From Nitrospirales bacterium (lineage in GTDB: Bacteria > Nitrospirota > Nitrospiria > Nitrospirales > UBA8639), in assembly GCA_965203295.1 (NCBI GenBank), contig CBDBCZ010000019.1, positions 2,112,001 to 2,176,000 on the forward strand: a DNA stretch of 64,000 bases, written 5' to 3'. Numbering within the stretch: position 1 is the first letter of the stretch; each line of letters begins with the position of its first letter. Shown here piece by piece: positions 63,561 through 64,000 of this stretch. Position numbers and translations under genes: made by a program. The notes under the pieces are model-generated. The model was not told where the DNA came from, did not search any database, and was given only the letters and a program-made list of their open reading frames with translations.

Positions 63561-64000
63561 CTACCTCCTGAGTCTCTTCCTTCCCGCTTCTGGATGATTC
63601 GAGAGGGGTTGATGCTGCTCCAATCCCGTAATAACCAACGTTGAACTCTTTTCTTTGAACTCCTTTTCCATTTCATGCAGTTTGGACATCGTCGTGTGGT
63701 CCACCAAATAGGTGCCTGACAGATCAAGGACGACATGGGGTTCTTGCCTGAATTTCTCCAATTGCTTCTTCAATCCAATCCACGTACTAAAAATAGCCGA
63801 ATCTTTCACTCGGATGGTCACACCGTTCTGACTATCCCGATCAACTTGGACTTGAGATTTAAACAGCGACTTCACAGGGACACCATTCTTCAGATGGACC
63901 ACAAAATTAACACAAATGCCAATGGCGATTCCCATAAGCAAATCTGTCGCGAGCACTCCCACAACCGTGGAAACGAAAATAATGAATTGTTCACGACCGA
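63561..64000 (-). CDS. SulP family anion (bicarbonate/sulfate) transporter, 3' end with STAS domain
   Basis: GVLATDLLMGIAIG TM helix followed by STAS-like VVLDLSGTYLVDHT; 5' part lies outside the window. Confidence 0.8.
   Translation of the reverse strand, partial: GREQFIIFVSTVVGVLATDLLMGIAIGICVNFVVHLKNGVPVKSLFKSQVQVDRDSQNGVTIRVKDSAIFSTWIGLKKQLEKFRQEPHVVLDLSGTYLVDHTTMSKLHEMEKEFKEKSSTLVITGLEQHQPLSNHPEAGRKRLRR

Overview
This is a 64-kb chromosomal window from a chemolithoautotroph, most likely Nitrospirales and probably a marine lineage. The taxonomy is inferred from gene content, not from a marker gene. The core is the reductive TCA cycle: aclBA, aconitase, soluble frdBA, sucCD, a monomeric NADP-IDH and a five-subunit 2-oxoacid:ferredoxin oxidoreductase (For-type). 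Housekeeping genes include a partial hppA, hflKC, pepP, cysS, rlmB, surE, cutA and thrH. Accessory content includes a PEP-mutase-like/NTP-transferase fusion, a decaying type IV minor-pilin/pilD locus, two decayed integron-like cassettes with attC-like sites, and several highly structured MITE/REP-like intergenic repeats. The most striking part is the right end. A DabA/MpsB (DUF2309) beta-carbonic-anhydrase-like gene is followed by a full set of Mrp/Mbh-type Na+/H+ antiporter subunits (E,F,G,DUF4040,B,C,D), a NuoL/DabB-like subunit with three tandem 27-aa repeats in its lateral helix, and a NuoM-like subunit. MpsC (DUF2294) and SulP lie beside it, and a promoter-structured leader-terminator (riboswitch-like) arrangement sits between dabA and mrpE. 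Several genes carry single-base indels or nonsense codons, so some lesions may be sequencing or assembly errors. No rRNA, tRNA or CRISPR array was recognised. All calls come from motif reading by eye; no searches were run.
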